Virus record (IMG/VR): IMGVR_UViG_3300047557_002876
Span: 7,158 to 71,157 of that record
Strand: one strand, 5' to 3'
DNA from: a virus
Length of the DNA stretch: 64,000 nt
Part shown: in pieces, positions 48,733 to 59,338 of the stretch
How the letters are laid out: each line of letters opens with the position of its first letter
Numbering within the stretch: the stretch's first letter is position 1
Program-made: the position numbers and the translations under genes
The notes under the pieces: model-generated
Told to the model about the DNA's origin: nothing
Database searches by the model: none
Seen by the model: the letters and a program-made list of their open reading frames with translations, nothing else

Positions 48733-49035
48733 ATGTCTTATAAAATTACAAAAGAATATTGTTGGTATAATGAAGGAACTCAAATAGTTCTTATGTATTT
48801 TATCAACAATATTCCTTTTACTTTTGATGAATTGCCAGAGGGTCATTTGTATGACCAAGAATTAATTAAACTCGCTGATCAACAACGTCAATATAATCCA
48901 GAAGATCTATATAAATCATCATTCTATCTTATAGATGAAGAGGCACATCCACTTCTATTTACGGTTGATTTAGAAAACCCAGAAGATCTTCCAGAAGATG
49001 TTCCCGAGTTTGATGAGGAAGATTTGAGTTCATAA
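48733..49035 (+). CDS. Conserved cyanophage hypothetical protein
   Basis: MYFI...PFTFDE and YL..EE.HP motifs; acidic. Confidence 0.7.
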   Translation: MSYKITKEYCWYNEGTQIVLMYFINNIPFTFDELPEGHLYDQELIKLADQQRQYNPEDLYKSSFYLIDEEAHPLLFTVDLENPEDLPEDVPEFDEEDLSS

Positions 49036-49067
49036 ATAAAAGATAATGAGAACTCAAAAATAGAAAA

Positions 49068-52000
49068 ATGCCTCTTAATAAGCTGGATAATTTTATTAAG
49101 AATACTGAAGGTCGTATTTTATATGTAAATCCAAATGACCTTGATGCAACTGATGCAATTACAAATCAAGGAAACTCTCTTGCACAACCTTTTAAAACAG
49201 TACAAAGAGCACTTTTAGAAGCAGCAAGATTTTCATATTTAAAAGGAAAGAATAATGATATTGTAGAGAAGACTACAATTCTTTTATTTCCAGGGGAGCA
49301 CTTAATTGATAATAGACCTGGTTATGCAATATATGATAATGGTGGTGCTGCATATGCAGTAACTAGAGCTGGTGGTGTTGGAGTTCTAGCATCATCAGTT
49401 CTTTCTCTTGGTCTAGATGCTAATTTTGATTTAACTCAAGAAGATAATATTTTATATAAATTTAACAGTTTTTATGGTGGGGTTGTAGTTCCAAGAGGAA
49501 CTTCTATTGTTGGTCTAGATCTTCGTAAAACTAAAATTAGACCAAAATACGTCCCAAACCCAACAGATCCTGCTGTAGATAAATCAGCAATTTTTAGAAT
49601 TACTGGTGCATGTTACTTCTGGCAGTTTTCTTTATTTGATGGTGATGAAACTGGTTTAGTTTTCACTAACCCAGATAATTTTGGTTCAGAATATAGATCT
49701 GTTCCTCTATTTTCACACCACAAATTAACGTGTTTTGAATATTGTGATGGCGTGAACAATATTGGTTCATATGGTCTTACAGACCTTGACATGTACTACA
49801 GTAAAGTATCAAATGCTTTTAATGTAGTTAGAGATATTGATCAAAAGTTTCCAGCAGATGCCGCAGGTTTTGCAAAGCGTCGCCCAGAATGGGAGATTGT
49901 TGGTGCATTTGCATCTGACCCAATTAGCATTTCTGAGATTATTTCTGGCAACGGCGCCACGGCAACAGCAGTTGTTACTGTAACTACTGCAACTGCACAT
50001 AACTTGAACATTGGAACTCCAATTAAAATAAAGGGAGTTTCAGGTTCTGGTGTAACCGCACCATTCAATATTTCAACAAAGGTTCAAAATATCATAAGTG
50101 ATTTCCAATTTACTTACGTAATTCCAGGTTTTAGTTCATATCCAAATTTAAATCCAAGTCCAAGTGCATCTTCAGCAACAGTAACTGTAGAGACTGATAC
50201 TGTTTCTGGCGCATCTCCTTATATTTTCAACTGTTCCCTAAGATCTGTATGGGGAATGAATGGAATGCACGCTGATGGTTATAAAGCATCAGGATTCCGT
50301 TCAATGGTCGTTGCGCAGTTTACTGCAGTATCTCTACAGAAAGACGATCGTGCTTTTGCAAAATATGATCCATCTTCAAGAACTTATAAGGTTGTAAATT
50401 ATCAAACTGTTTATGGTGCTAAACTTCCGGAAGGAGCATCACAGACTGACTCTACAAAAGCATATCATTTAGATCCAAGAGCAGTTTATAGGCAAGGTTG
50501 GGAGTCTAGTCACATTAAGTTTACCAATGATGCGTTTATACAGATTGTTTCTGTGTTTGCAATTGGTTTCAATAAACATTTTGATGGAGAAACTGGTGGT
50601 GATGCTTCAATCACAAACTCTAACTCAAACTTTGGGCAAATTTCTTTAAACTCCAGTGGATTTAAGAAAGATGCTTTCGTTAAAGATAATAATGCTTTTA
50701 TAACATCTATTATTCCACCAAGATCTTTTGATGAAAATTTAGAGGATAGAATCGATTGGCTTTCTTTAGATGTTGGTCTAACAACCTCAGTTGGAATCAC
50801 AAGTCATTTATATCTCTACGGTTACAATTCTAGAGATAATATACCAACTTCATTAACTCAAGGTTATAGAATTGGTGCAAGACTTAACGATAAGTTATAT
50901 TTTGTTGGCGCAGGAGTTACATATTCTGCAGACATTTACATGTGTGATAATGTAATTACTGATACTCAAATAGCAGCAACTGGAACAACAAGTGCTCAAA
51001 AAGTATATGACGTAGATTCTGGCCCAACAAATAACGTATTTACTATAGGTTCACATAATTTACAAACTGGAGAAAAAGTAATCATCATCAGCGATGATGG
51101 AGATCTTCCAGAAAATATTATTGAGCACATTGTCTATTATACAATTAGTGTAAACTCAACACAAATTAAATTAGCAGCATCTTATAGTGATGCTCTAGCA
51201 GGAATTGAACTTGAAGTTTATGGTGGAACAAATTTACACATTATCAGTAGAGTATCTGATAAAAATTCTGGTGAAATTGGTTCCCCAATTCAGTATGATG
51301 CTATTAACTCAAATTGGTATGTTCATACAAATATAGGTAGTGAAATTTATAATGCACTTAACACTCTTGGTGTTAATGGGTTATCTGAAACTACCGATCT
51401 TGCATATATTAATAGAATTTCTGACACAAGAAGTTTAGATGAAAAACTTTATAAGGTTAGAGTTGTAATTCCAAAAGATCTTCCAAACGCAAAAGATCCC
51501 CAAACTGGATTCGTTATTCAAGAATCCAGTTCAACAGGTGCTAGAAACAATGCAGATTTTACTAGAACTAGTATTGGAACTACAGATTATGGTTATAAAA
51601 AGAACCCAAGATTTATTAGTACATGTACAGTAGCAAGTGAAACTGTAACTGTAGTTTCAGAATTACCTCACGACATTCAAGTTGGAGAGCGTGTCTATAT
51701 TAGAAATGTTATAAGCACAACAAATGCAACTGGATTAGATAACCTAGGATATAATGGTCTATTTGAGGTTACTGCAGTAACAGATGATGTAACATTTAAA
51801 TATTCAACTACTGATATTTTTGGCGTAGTTCATACTCCTGGAACATTTACTAGTAACCCTCACAGTAGAACTATTTCTCTACCTAGATTTGAGAGAAATG
51901 ATTGGAGAGGAAATCTATACATTTATAGAAATGAGGTAATTTCACCTTACATTGAAGGATCTCAAGATGGTGTTTATCATCTTTATGTTCTCAATTCCAA

Positions 52001-54467
52001 TAATGCAATACAAAATGAATTCACCAATTTAAAATTTAGCCAATTAAAGAAAGATCTTTACCCACAATTAGATAGAGATAATCCTAATTCTAACCCACAA
52101 TCCGCAAAGACATACGCAAAGCGTTCTCCAATTGGAGCAATCGTTACAAATGATCTTAAGAAGAGTATTACCAGAGAGTCTGCCGATTTACTATTAAAAG
52201 AAGTTGGTGTAGGACTTACTATTTCTTCAGTTTCTTCATCTACAAGTAGTGCAACAATTACTTTTGGCAGAAATCATGGGTTATCTGGAATTGTAACCTA
52301 CAGTAATACAACTGCTGGCAGTTTCCCCTTAACAGGTGGAAATAGTTACACCGATGGTACTTACTATAACGTAAAACTCTATAGTAACTCTGGTCTTACA
52401 ATTTGGAAAGGAGCAACCGCTAAAGTTGTAGTTTCTGGTGGTGCAATTTCTTCCGTCGATATTACTGCTCCAGGTTCTGGTTATGCTAATGGCGATGTTC
52501 TTTATTTTGATATTGCTGTAATTGGTGCAGGAAATAATGGCAAATTAACGTTATCTACTGCTGGCATTTCAACAAATATCGGTGATGTTGTTCAGTTTAC
52601 TGGTGTAGGTACAACTGATGATGGTTACTATAGAATTACTTCTGTTCCAGCAGTAAATCAAATTTCTATAGCAAAAACTGCTGGTGATCCTACAATATTA
52701 CCATCACAATATGGTTTTGTAATTGCACCTTCAGTGAGGATTAGTTCAACTTCATATAATTCATCATCTAAGGTATCAACCTTTACTTGCATCTCTGCTC
52801 ACGGTTTAGTTTCTGGCAATAAATTTAGAGTTCTTGACTCATCAAACAATAATCTTGGAGACTTCACTGTTCTTGATAGAACTAGTGCTACAGTATTCAC
52901 TGCAACTACAAATAAGTCATTGTCTGCAAACAGTGGGTATGTTTTAAGGCATGGTTTATCTTCAAATGAAGGAGTATCTGATAATACTTCTGAAAATCTT
53001 GGTGCAAGATCAATTACGTTCTATGATAATAGTACTTTAAGACTAACTTCTACCATTACTACTGAGACAACTTTACCTATAGCATTTTCTGGCATCTCTA
53101 CTGCAACTAGATTGCCACTAGGTTCTTATATTCAGATTGATAATGAGATAATGCGAGTTATTAGTACTGGAAGTCAATCACAGTTTACAGTTCTTCGAGG
53201 TGCTCTTGGAACTCTGCAAGAAGGTCATGATGAAAATTCATTAGTTCGAAAGATTAATCCAATCGCTATTGAATTCAGAAGACCATCTATTCTCAGAGCT
53301 TCTGGTCACACATTTGAATATCTTGGTTACGGACCAGGAAACTACTCCACAGGTTTACCTCAGGTTCAGGTAAAAACCAATACTGATACTGAAGATTTTC
53401 TTGCACAATCTCAGCAAAGATCTTGTGGAACAGTGGTATACACTGGAATGAATAATAATGGCGATGTATTTTCTGGTAATACAAAAACATCATCTTCAAG
53501 TGGAGAAGTTGTATCTTTCGATATTCCAAACCCAACTGTAACTGGTCAAGATCCTTCAAAATTAAGTGTAGTATTTGATGAAGTTACGGTTAAAGAAAGA
53601 CTGTTGGTTGAGGGTGGTGGTTCTGGTGCAGTTCTTTCTCAATTTGATGGTCCAGTATCATTCAGTAAACAAATCAGAGCAAAAGATAGAGTAACTTTCA
53701 GTTCAACTGTAAAAATTTCTGATACAAGATCAACACAATCAAATAGTATAACTAGTGGTTCTTTAATAGTAAATGGTGGAGTTGGTATTGGTAAAAATCT
53801 ATATGTTGGCGGCAATATCAATGTCCTTTCAAATACCAATCTTACAGGAACTCTGAATGTTGACGGTGGTACTACACTTAATAGTACATTAGATGTTGAT
53901 GGTGGCACTACACTTAACAGTTCTTTAGATGTTGATGGCGGCACTACACTTAATAGTACATTAGATGTAGATGGAGCTACTACATTAAATAGTACTCTTG
54001 ATGTCGATGGTGGCACTACACTTAATAGTACATTAGATGTTTCAGGTGCTACCACAATTAATAATACATTAAATATTAGTGGAACAATTAGATCTACTGG
54101 ATCATTAATCACTTTAGATGACAATGTTCAAGTCAATGGTGATTTAAATGTAACTGGCGATATAACAGCATTCTTCACATCAGACCAGAGACTTAAAGAT
54201 AATATTACTCCAATTGAAGACCCACTTACTAAGGTTCTTTCAATTAGTGGTAATACTTATGTTTGGAATGAGAAGTCTGGAAAAGAAGGTAATGATGTTG
54301 GTGTAATCGCTCAAGAAGTTCTAGAAGTTCTTCCTGAAGCGATTACTACTAGAGATAATGGTTATCTTGCGGTTAGTTATGAAAAACTAGTTCCACTACT
54401 CATTGAGGCAATTAAAGAACTCTCTAGTAAGGTAGAAAATCTTGAACAACGACTCTCAGATAAATAA
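49068..54467 (+). CDS. Long tail fibre / virion protein with a C-terminal S74 chaperone
   Basis: MPLNKLDNFIKN..G.ILYV.P...PFKT.QRAL.EAARFSY start and FTSDQRLKDNI...GVIAQEV...YEKLVPLLIEAIKEL end. Confidence 0.85.
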   Translation: MPLNKLDNFIKNTEGRILYVNPNDLDATDAITNQGNSLAQPFKTVQRALLEAARFSYLKGKNNDIVEKTTILLFPGEHLIDNRPGYAIYDNGGAAYAVTRAGGVGVLASSVLSLGLDANFDLTQEDNILYKFNSFYGGVVVPRGTSIVGLDLRKTKIRPKYVPNPTDPAVDKSAIFRITGACYFWQFSLFDGDETGLVFTNPDNFGSEYRSVPLFSHHKLTCFEYCDGVNNIGSYGLTDLDMYYSKVSNAFNVVRDIDQKFPADAAGFAKRRPEWEIVGAFASDPISISEIISGNGATATAVVTVTTATAHNLNIGTPIKIKGVSGSGVTAPFNISTKVQNIISDFQFTYVIPGFSSYPNLNPSPSASSATVTVETDTVSGASPYIFNCSLRSVWGMNGMHADGYKASGFRSMVVAQFTAVSLQKDDRAFAKYDPSSRTYKVVNYQTVYGAKLPEGASQTDSTKAYHLDPRAVYRQGWESSHIKFTNDAFIQIVSVFAIGFNKHFDGETGGDASITNSNSNFGQISLNSSGFKKDAFVKDNNAFITSIIPPRSFDENLEDRIDWLSLDVGLTTSVGITSHLYLYGYNSRDNIPTSLTQGYRIGARLNDKLYFVGAGVTYSADIYMCDNVITDTQIAATGTTSAQKVYDVDSGPTNNVFTIGSHNLQTGEKVIIISDDGDLPENIIEHIVYYTISVNSTQIKLAASYSDALAGIELEVYGGTNLHIISRVSDKNSGEIGSPIQYDAINSNWYVHTNIGSEIYNALNTLGVNGLSETTDLAYINRISDTRSLDEKLYKVRVVIPKDLPNAKDPQTGFVIQESSSTGARNNADFTRTSIGTTDYGYKKNPRFISTCTVASETVTVVSELPHDIQVGERVYIRNVISTTNATGLDNLGYNGLFEVTAVTDDVTFKYSTTDIFGVVHTPGTFTSNPHSRTISLPRFERNDWRGNLYIYRNEVISPYIEGSQDGVYHLYVLNSNNAIQNEFTNLKFSQLKKDLYPQLDRDNPNSNPQSAKTYAKRSPIGAIVTNDLKKSITRESADLLLKEVGVGLTISSVSSSTSSATITFGRNHGLSGIVTYSNTTAGSFPLTGGNSYTDGTYYNVKLYSNSGLTIWKGATAKVVVSGGAISSVDITAPGSGYANGDVLYFDIAVIGAGNNGKLTLSTAGISTNIGDVVQFTGVGTTDDGYYRITSVPAVNQISIAKTAGDPTILPSQYGFVIAPSVRISSTSYNSSSKVSTFTCISAHGLVSGNKFRVLDSSNNNLGDFTVLDRTSATVFTATTNKSLSANSGYVLRHGLSSNEGVSDNTSENLGARSITFYDNSTLRLTSTITTETTLPIAFSGISTATRLPLGSYIQIDNEIMRVISTGSQSQFTVLRGALGTLQEGHDENSLVRKINPIAIEFRRPSILRASGHTFEYLGYGPGNYSTGLPQVQVKTNTDTEDFLAQSQQRSCGTVVYTGMNNNGDVFSGNTKTSSSSGEVVSFDIPNPTVTGQDPSKLSVVFDEVTVKERLLVEGGGSGAVLSQFDGPVSFSKQIRAKDRVTFSSTVKISDTRSTQSNSITSGSLIVNGGVGIGKNLYVGGNINVLSNTNLTGTLNVDGGTTLNSTLDVDGGTTLNSSLDVDGGTTLNSTLDVDGATTLNSTLDVDGGTTLNSTLDVSGATTINNTLNISGTIRSTGSLITLDDNVQVNGDLNVTGDITAFFTSDQRLKDNITPIEDPLTKVLSISGNTYVWNEKSGKEGNDVGVIAQEVLEVLPEAITTRDNGYLAVSYEKLVPLLIEAIKELSSKVENLEQRLSDK

Positions 54468-54484
54468 CTAAAAAACCATATAAG

Positions 54485-56443
54485 ATGGCAAATTATAGAA
54501 AGTCATTTAATTTTAGACATGGTGTCCAAGTTGACTATGATAATTTTATCGTAAATGCAAACGGTTTGGTGGGAATTGGAACATCCATTCCCACCGAGTT
54601 TTTAGATGTTAGGGGTAACGCTAAAGTAATTGGGTTATTTACTGCAACATCTGTCAGTGCTCAAAATTTAAGTGTGAGTGGGGTTACCACTTTTACTTCA
54701 TTAGACAATGGAAGAATTTTAATTAATTCTGGGATTATAACAGCATCTTCTGGGGTTGTAACATATTATGGCGATGGAAGTAAACTAACTAATTTAGCGT
54801 CATCGCAGTGGGTAGATGTCAACCCAGGAACTGGGTTTTCTAGCATTTATAATTCAGGGACAGTTGGCATTGCAACATCGATGCCAAATTATTTTCTACA
54901 AATTGGTAACGACCCACAAAATTCAAGTGGAACTGGTATAAGTTCTACTGGAAATATCAGAGCGAGTGGAGTTATAACCGCAGCATCTTTTGATGGTTCT
55001 GGTGCTCAAATAACTCAAATTAATGCATCAAATATCTCATCCGGAACATTATCTAATTCAAGACTTCCATCTAGCATTAATATTTCGGGAATTATTACTG
55101 CACCATCGTTTAATGGAACTCTTAACGGAAATGTAAATTCTGGAGTTGGAACTTTCAATAATGTTGTCATTGGCGGAGCAACTACATCACTAATTGTAAA
55201 TGGCAATTCTAGAATTAATGGCGTAGTAACTGCAATAACTTTTGTAGGAAATCTTACCGGAACTGCGAGCACAGCACAATCATTAACTGGAACTCCGAAT
55301 ATAACTGTTGGAAGTATAACTGCATCATCAATTGGGGTTGGATTAGTAACATCTGGTATTACAACTTCGTTCTCGACATTACATGTCGGAACTGGTGGAA
55401 CTGCATTTGCAGCATTAAATTCTGGAAGAATTGGTATAGGAACTGCATTACCAACATCAGATCTTCAGATCAGAAAAACCAGTTCAACACTCTTTGAAGT
55501 TATTAGTAGCTCTGAAGATTCTAGAATTAGTATTGGTCAGTCTGTCGGTGTTGGTAGAAGCACTGCAGTTTTAAGATTTGGAAATATTTCAAAAACTTTT
55601 GATATCCTCAATAATGACACTGGTAATTTTAATTTATACCTACATGCCGGTGCTGCTGGCATAGGAACTGGTAGATTTGCTTGGATTTATGGTCAGACAA
55701 ATACAGAACTTGCTTCATTAACTTATGATGGCAAGTTGGGTATTGGAAAAACAAATCCAGATAATACTATTCATGTAGTTGGAACTTCAACAGTAACTGG
55801 AAATGCTTGGTTTGGTAATAATGTAACTATTAGTGGAAATTTATCTGTAGGGTCTATTGACTTACCATCCGTTATAAACGATACAAATTTATTTAATTTA
55901 TCTGGTATTTCTACGGTTTATGATTTAAGGGTAACAAATAGTTTTATTGTACCAACTGGTTCAAAAATTGGCGTAGGAACAGACACACCAATCACATCTT
56001 TCGATGCTCGTGGTCAAAATGGTTTATTTGGTTCAATTGGAATAGGAACCACATCATTTAATCAAAGTTTAAGAGTAAATGGTCTTTCTTTACTATCAAG
56101 TGTTGCTATTGGTAATACCAATTTAGATGATGGAAGTGGTGTTGCTATAGTTGGGGGAACTACTACACTAAACTCTAATTCAGTTTCGGGTATTAACTCT
56201 TCTATTGTTATTTTAGATGATACGTGTGCTCTTGGGGTTGGAACTACTTCATATCGTTCCGCAGTAGATTTTGCTGACGCTGGAAAAAATCATTATGGGG
56301 GAGTCGGTGCTTTCATGGTCGTCCCAAGATTGACTAATTCTCAAAGAACAGGTTTATCTACAGTCGGTGGTGCCATTATTTTTAATACTGATACTGGCAA
56401 ATTTCAAGGATACACTGGTATTGCCTGGACAGATTTTCATTAA
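54485..56443 (+). CDS. Tail fibre-associated protein
   Basis: MANYRKSFNFR start, repeated IGIGT motifs, VPRLT..QR...GAIIFNTD..KFQGY.G..W end. Confidence 0.7.
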   Translation: MANYRKSFNFRHGVQVDYDNFIVNANGLVGIGTSIPTEFLDVRGNAKVIGLFTATSVSAQNLSVSGVTTFTSLDNGRILINSGIITASSGVVTYYGDGSKLTNLASSQWVDVNPGTGFSSIYNSGTVGIATSMPNYFLQIGNDPQNSSGTGISSTGNIRASGVITAASFDGSGAQITQINASNISSGTLSNSRLPSSINISGIITAPSFNGTLNGNVNSGVGTFNNVVIGGATTSLIVNGNSRINGVVTAITFVGNLTGTASTAQSLTGTPNITVGSITASSIGVGLVTSGITTSFSTLHVGTGGTAFAALNSGRIGIGTALPTSDLQIRKTSSTLFEVISSSEDSRISIGQSVGVGRSTAVLRFGNISKTFDILNNDTGNFNLYLHAGAAGIGTGRFAWIYGQTNTELASLTYDGKLGIGKTNPDNTIHVVGTSTVTGNAWFGNNVTISGNLSVGSIDLPSVINDTNLFNLSGISTVYDLRVTNSFIVPTGSKIGVGTDTPITSFDARGQNGLFGSIGIGTTSFNQSLRVNGLSLLSSVAIGNTNLDDGSGVAIVGGTTTLNSNSVSGINSSIVILDDTCALGVGTTSYRSAVDFADAGKNHYGGVGAFMVVPRLTNSQRTGLSTVGGAIIFNTDTGKFQGYTGIAWTDFH

Positions 56444-56462
56444 TTAAGAGGTATAGGGGTTA

Positions 56463-57566
56463 ATGTCTGAATCAGTAACTAAAGCAGGTCCTTATTTTTC
56501 ATCTGGTTCTATTTCTTTTAGTTCACTTAGAAATGCTTTCAAAGAAACAACATCTGGTTCAATTAAAGCATCGGAACTAAGAAGAAATACTGATACTGAA
56601 AATAGAAATCCCATTGTGCCTGATGCCACGGAAAATTCTCCGATTTCTACTGGAAGTAACTTAAAAGTTTCTCAATTTAGAAATTCAATTAAGTATTATT
56701 ATATCACACAAAGTGGGACTGACGAAAATCTAATCATTAATGACTTATCTTGGAATTTAAATTTATACAAATCTATCAGAAAATGGGTATATATTGGAGG
56801 GAATGTTGGTTCTAACACTACTTCAGTTGCTGCAGCTAGACTTACTGCTACAGCATACAACCTAACAATTGATGTAACTGGAAATATCTTTGGTGCTGGA
56901 GGAGCAGGAGGAACAAGTGGTAATATCAGTGGAGGTACAGGTGGTGCGGCACTGAGACTTTCTAGTCCATCAGGATCAAATATCGTAGTAAATGTTTCAC
57001 AATCTGGGAAAATTTATGGTGGTGGTGGAGGAGGAGAGAAAGGAGCAACAGGCGCCAATGGAGTTGATGGAACTTGCACAGAATCTTTTACTCAACAAGG
57101 TCCCTGCGGAGAATGCCCAAGTTGCCCAGATGGATATACTGTGTCAAGAGGTTGTTATGAAGGTAGATGTTGTCAAAGCTATAGTTATTGTTGTGGTCTA
57201 TTTAACTGCGCATGTGAAGCTTGTAGCAAAAAAATTAAATATGTTGATTGCACAAGATCTTATCCTGCCGCAGGAGGTTTAGGAGGAGAAGGTGGAGATG
57301 GAGGACCAGGAAGAGGATATAATAACCTCACAGGGTCTTTATCAGGCGCTAACGGGTCTCCTGGCGGTTCTAATAACGGTTGCCAATCTACAGACGGAAA
57401 ACCAGGAAACCGTGGCGGGGATGGGGGAGATTGGGGGTTACCCGGCAATAACACAACCAATACTGGTAATGGAGGTTCTGCTGGAAGAGCAATAGAAGGA
57501 TCAAATTATTCGGTTGTTGGAACAATTAATTCAACAACAATTAAAGGTCTATATAACCCATCATAA
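56463..57566 (+). CDS. Second glycine-rich adhesin-like protein with a Cys-rich insert
   Basis: SG.ISFS.LR N-terminus, IYGGGGGG, a 13-Cys segment, GG.GG.WG.PG. Confidence 0.65.
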   Translation: MSESVTKAGPYFSSGSISFSSLRNAFKETTSGSIKASELRRNTDTENRNPIVPDATENSPISTGSNLKVSQFRNSIKYYYITQSGTDENLIINDLSWNLNLYKSIRKWVYIGGNVGSNTTSVAAARLTATAYNLTIDVTGNIFGAGGAGGTSGNISGGTGGAALRLSSPSGSNIVVNVSQSGKIYGGGGGGEKGATGANGVDGTCTESFTQQGPCGECPSCPDGYTVSRGCYEGRCCQSYSYCCGLFNCACEACSKKIKYVDCTRSYPAAGGLGGEGGDGGPGRGYNNLTGSLSGANGSPGGSNNGCQSTDGKPGNRGGDGGDWGLPGNNTTNTGNGGSAGRAIEGSNYSVVGTINSTTIKGLYNPS

Positions 57567-57594
57567 ATAAAAAAGTTATTGACTTTGTTAACCT

Positions 57595-57927
57595 ATGTCT
57601 GAAGAACAGCAATATCCTACAATAATTCAGCAAGGAAAAAATTTAGCAAAATTTTCTTGGGATTTAATCAAGCATCTTCAACAAAATCAAAATCATACAC
57701 GATTATTCGTTAGTGATAAGACTTATGAAGAAAGAGTCATGACTTGTAGAAGTTGTGAAAAGTATAACGAATTAGAGAATCGTTGTAAAGAGTGTGGTTG
57801 CTTTGTTCCAGCAAAAGCAAAAATTATTTTGGATTCTTGTCCATTAGGTAAATGGAAGGAAGAAACTGATAACTGGGAAAATATATTTAATGAAATTGTT
57901 TCTGAAATAGAAGACAAAAACACTTGA
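57595..57927 (+). CDS. Small Cys-rich protein (DUF6171-like)
   Basis: R...CRSCE...RCKECGCF..AK.....CPLGKW. Confidence 0.65.
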   Translation: MSEEQQYPTIIQQGKNLAKFSWDLIKHLQQNQNHTRLFVSDKTYEERVMTCRSCEKYNELENRCKECGCFVPAKAKIILDSCPLGKWKEETDNWENIFNEIVSEIEDKNT

Positions 57928-58013
57928 CACATCATTAAAAATCACCTAGACTACCTTTGTCTGGGTTGAAGATGGGAATCTAAGCTTCTATAGGACACTT
58001 ATAGAACTGTCAC

Positions 58014-58038
58014 AGGGGTCTCTCCGGAGACCCTTTTT
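58014..58038 (+). terminator. Intrinsic terminator hairpin
   Basis: gggtctc-tccg-gagaccc followed by ttttt. Confidence 0.7.
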
Positions 58039-58062
58039 ACTGCTATAATATTCCTATATTCA

Positions 58063-59298
58063 ATGAGACCTGTGATTCAACTTCGCCCTCACCAAGAACG
58101 TGCTCTTGACGCCCTTGCTAAGTATGCGAAGGGTCAAATTGTCATTCCTACTGGCGGTGGTAAAACTCTTGTCGGTGCCTGTGATGCTATTCGTGAGTTT
58201 CTCAATAGCGCCCCTCAAACGATTGTTGTAGTTGCTCCTCGCATTCTGCTTGCTGAGCAACTCTCTTCTGAGTTTCTTGAGTTTATCACCAATGCCTCTG
58301 TGCTTCACATTCACAGTGGTGAGACTCATCACCAGAGCACCACTCGTCCCAGTGAGATTCGTAACTGGGTCAATCAGACTCAGGGTCACAAACTGATTTT
58401 CACCACTTACAACTCTCTTCAGCGTCTGCAACAGGCAGACGTTGAAGTCAATACGATTTACTTTGATGAAGCACACAATTCTGTTCAACGTAATTTCTTT
58501 CCTGCCACCGAGCATTTCGCTTCTACTGCTGACCGCTGCTATTTCTTCACTGCTACTCCTAAGCATTCTGCCACTATTTCAAAGCCTGGTATGAATGATG
58601 CTGCTGTTTACGGTAACGTTATTTGTAACGTTCCTGCTCCTGAACTGGTGGATGGTGGTTTCATCGTTCCTCCTAAGGTTGTAGTTCAGCAGTTTGATAT
58701 GGTCAGCAAGGGTCAGATTGTTGCTGATGTGGACTGTGAGAACCTGATTGCTACCATCGATGCTCAGGAGGTTGAGAAGGTGCTGATTTGCGCCAAGGCA
58801 ACCAAACAGATCATGAATCTGGTTTCTCAGACTGATTTCTGCAAGCAACTGGAGGACCGTGGTTTCTCTTGGATGTATATCACTTCCAAGACTGGCGCTA
58901 TCATTGACGGTCAAAAGGTCAACCGTGAGGTGTTCTTTGACACCCTGAGTGCTTGGGGTAAGGATGACAGCAAGAAGTTTGTGGTTCTGCATCACAGCAT
59001 TCTCAGCGAAGGCATTAACGTGTCTGGTCTTGAGGCAGTGCTGTTCATGCGTTCTATGGATTACATCGGCATCTCTCAGACCATCGGGCGTGTGATCCGT
59101 CTTCACAAGGACGACGCAGAGGGTCTCAGGAGCGGTCGTATCGCCCCTGGTGCCCTTGGAGAGTACACTAAGTCCTTCGGTCTGGTCTGCATCCCCGTCT
59201 ACTCTTCTGTGGGCGTCAGCACGGCACGTAAGGTGCAAGCGGTGGTGGACACCGTGTTCGAGCAGGGGATGCCCGCTATCAGCGTTGTCAAACGCTGA
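58063..59298 (+). CDS. Superfamily 2 DExH helicase (ResIII-like)
   Basis: LRPHQ, PTGGGKT, DEAH, TATP, ILSEGI and Q.IGR..R motifs. Confidence 0.9.
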   Translation: MRPVIQLRPHQERALDALAKYAKGQIVIPTGGGKTLVGACDAIREFLNSAPQTIVVVAPRILLAEQLSSEFLEFITNASVLHIHSGETHHQSTTRPSEIRNWVNQTQGHKLIFTTYNSLQRLQQADVEVNTIYFDEAHNSVQRNFFPATEHFASTADRCYFFTATPKHSATISKPGMNDAAVYGNVICNVPAPELVDGGFIVPPKVVVQQFDMVSKGQIVADVDCENLIATIDAQEVEKVLICAKATKQIMNLVSQTDFCKQLEDRGFSWMYITSKTGAIIDGQKVNREVFFDTLSAWGKDDSKKFVVLHHSILSEGINVSGLEAVLFMRSMDYIGISQTIGRVIRLHKDDAEGLRSGRIAPGALGEYTKSFGLVCIPVYSSVGVSTARKVQAVVDTVFEQGMPAISVVKR

Positions 59299-59338
59299 GT
59301 TTTCTGCTAAACTACCTACACACAAGGAGAACCCCCCA

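Noticed and set aside
35509-54124. Minus-strand ORFs with VVPPSTS repeats (35509, 35755, 53639, etc.)
   Set aside because: They are reverse-complement shadows of the LNSTLDVDG coding repeats.
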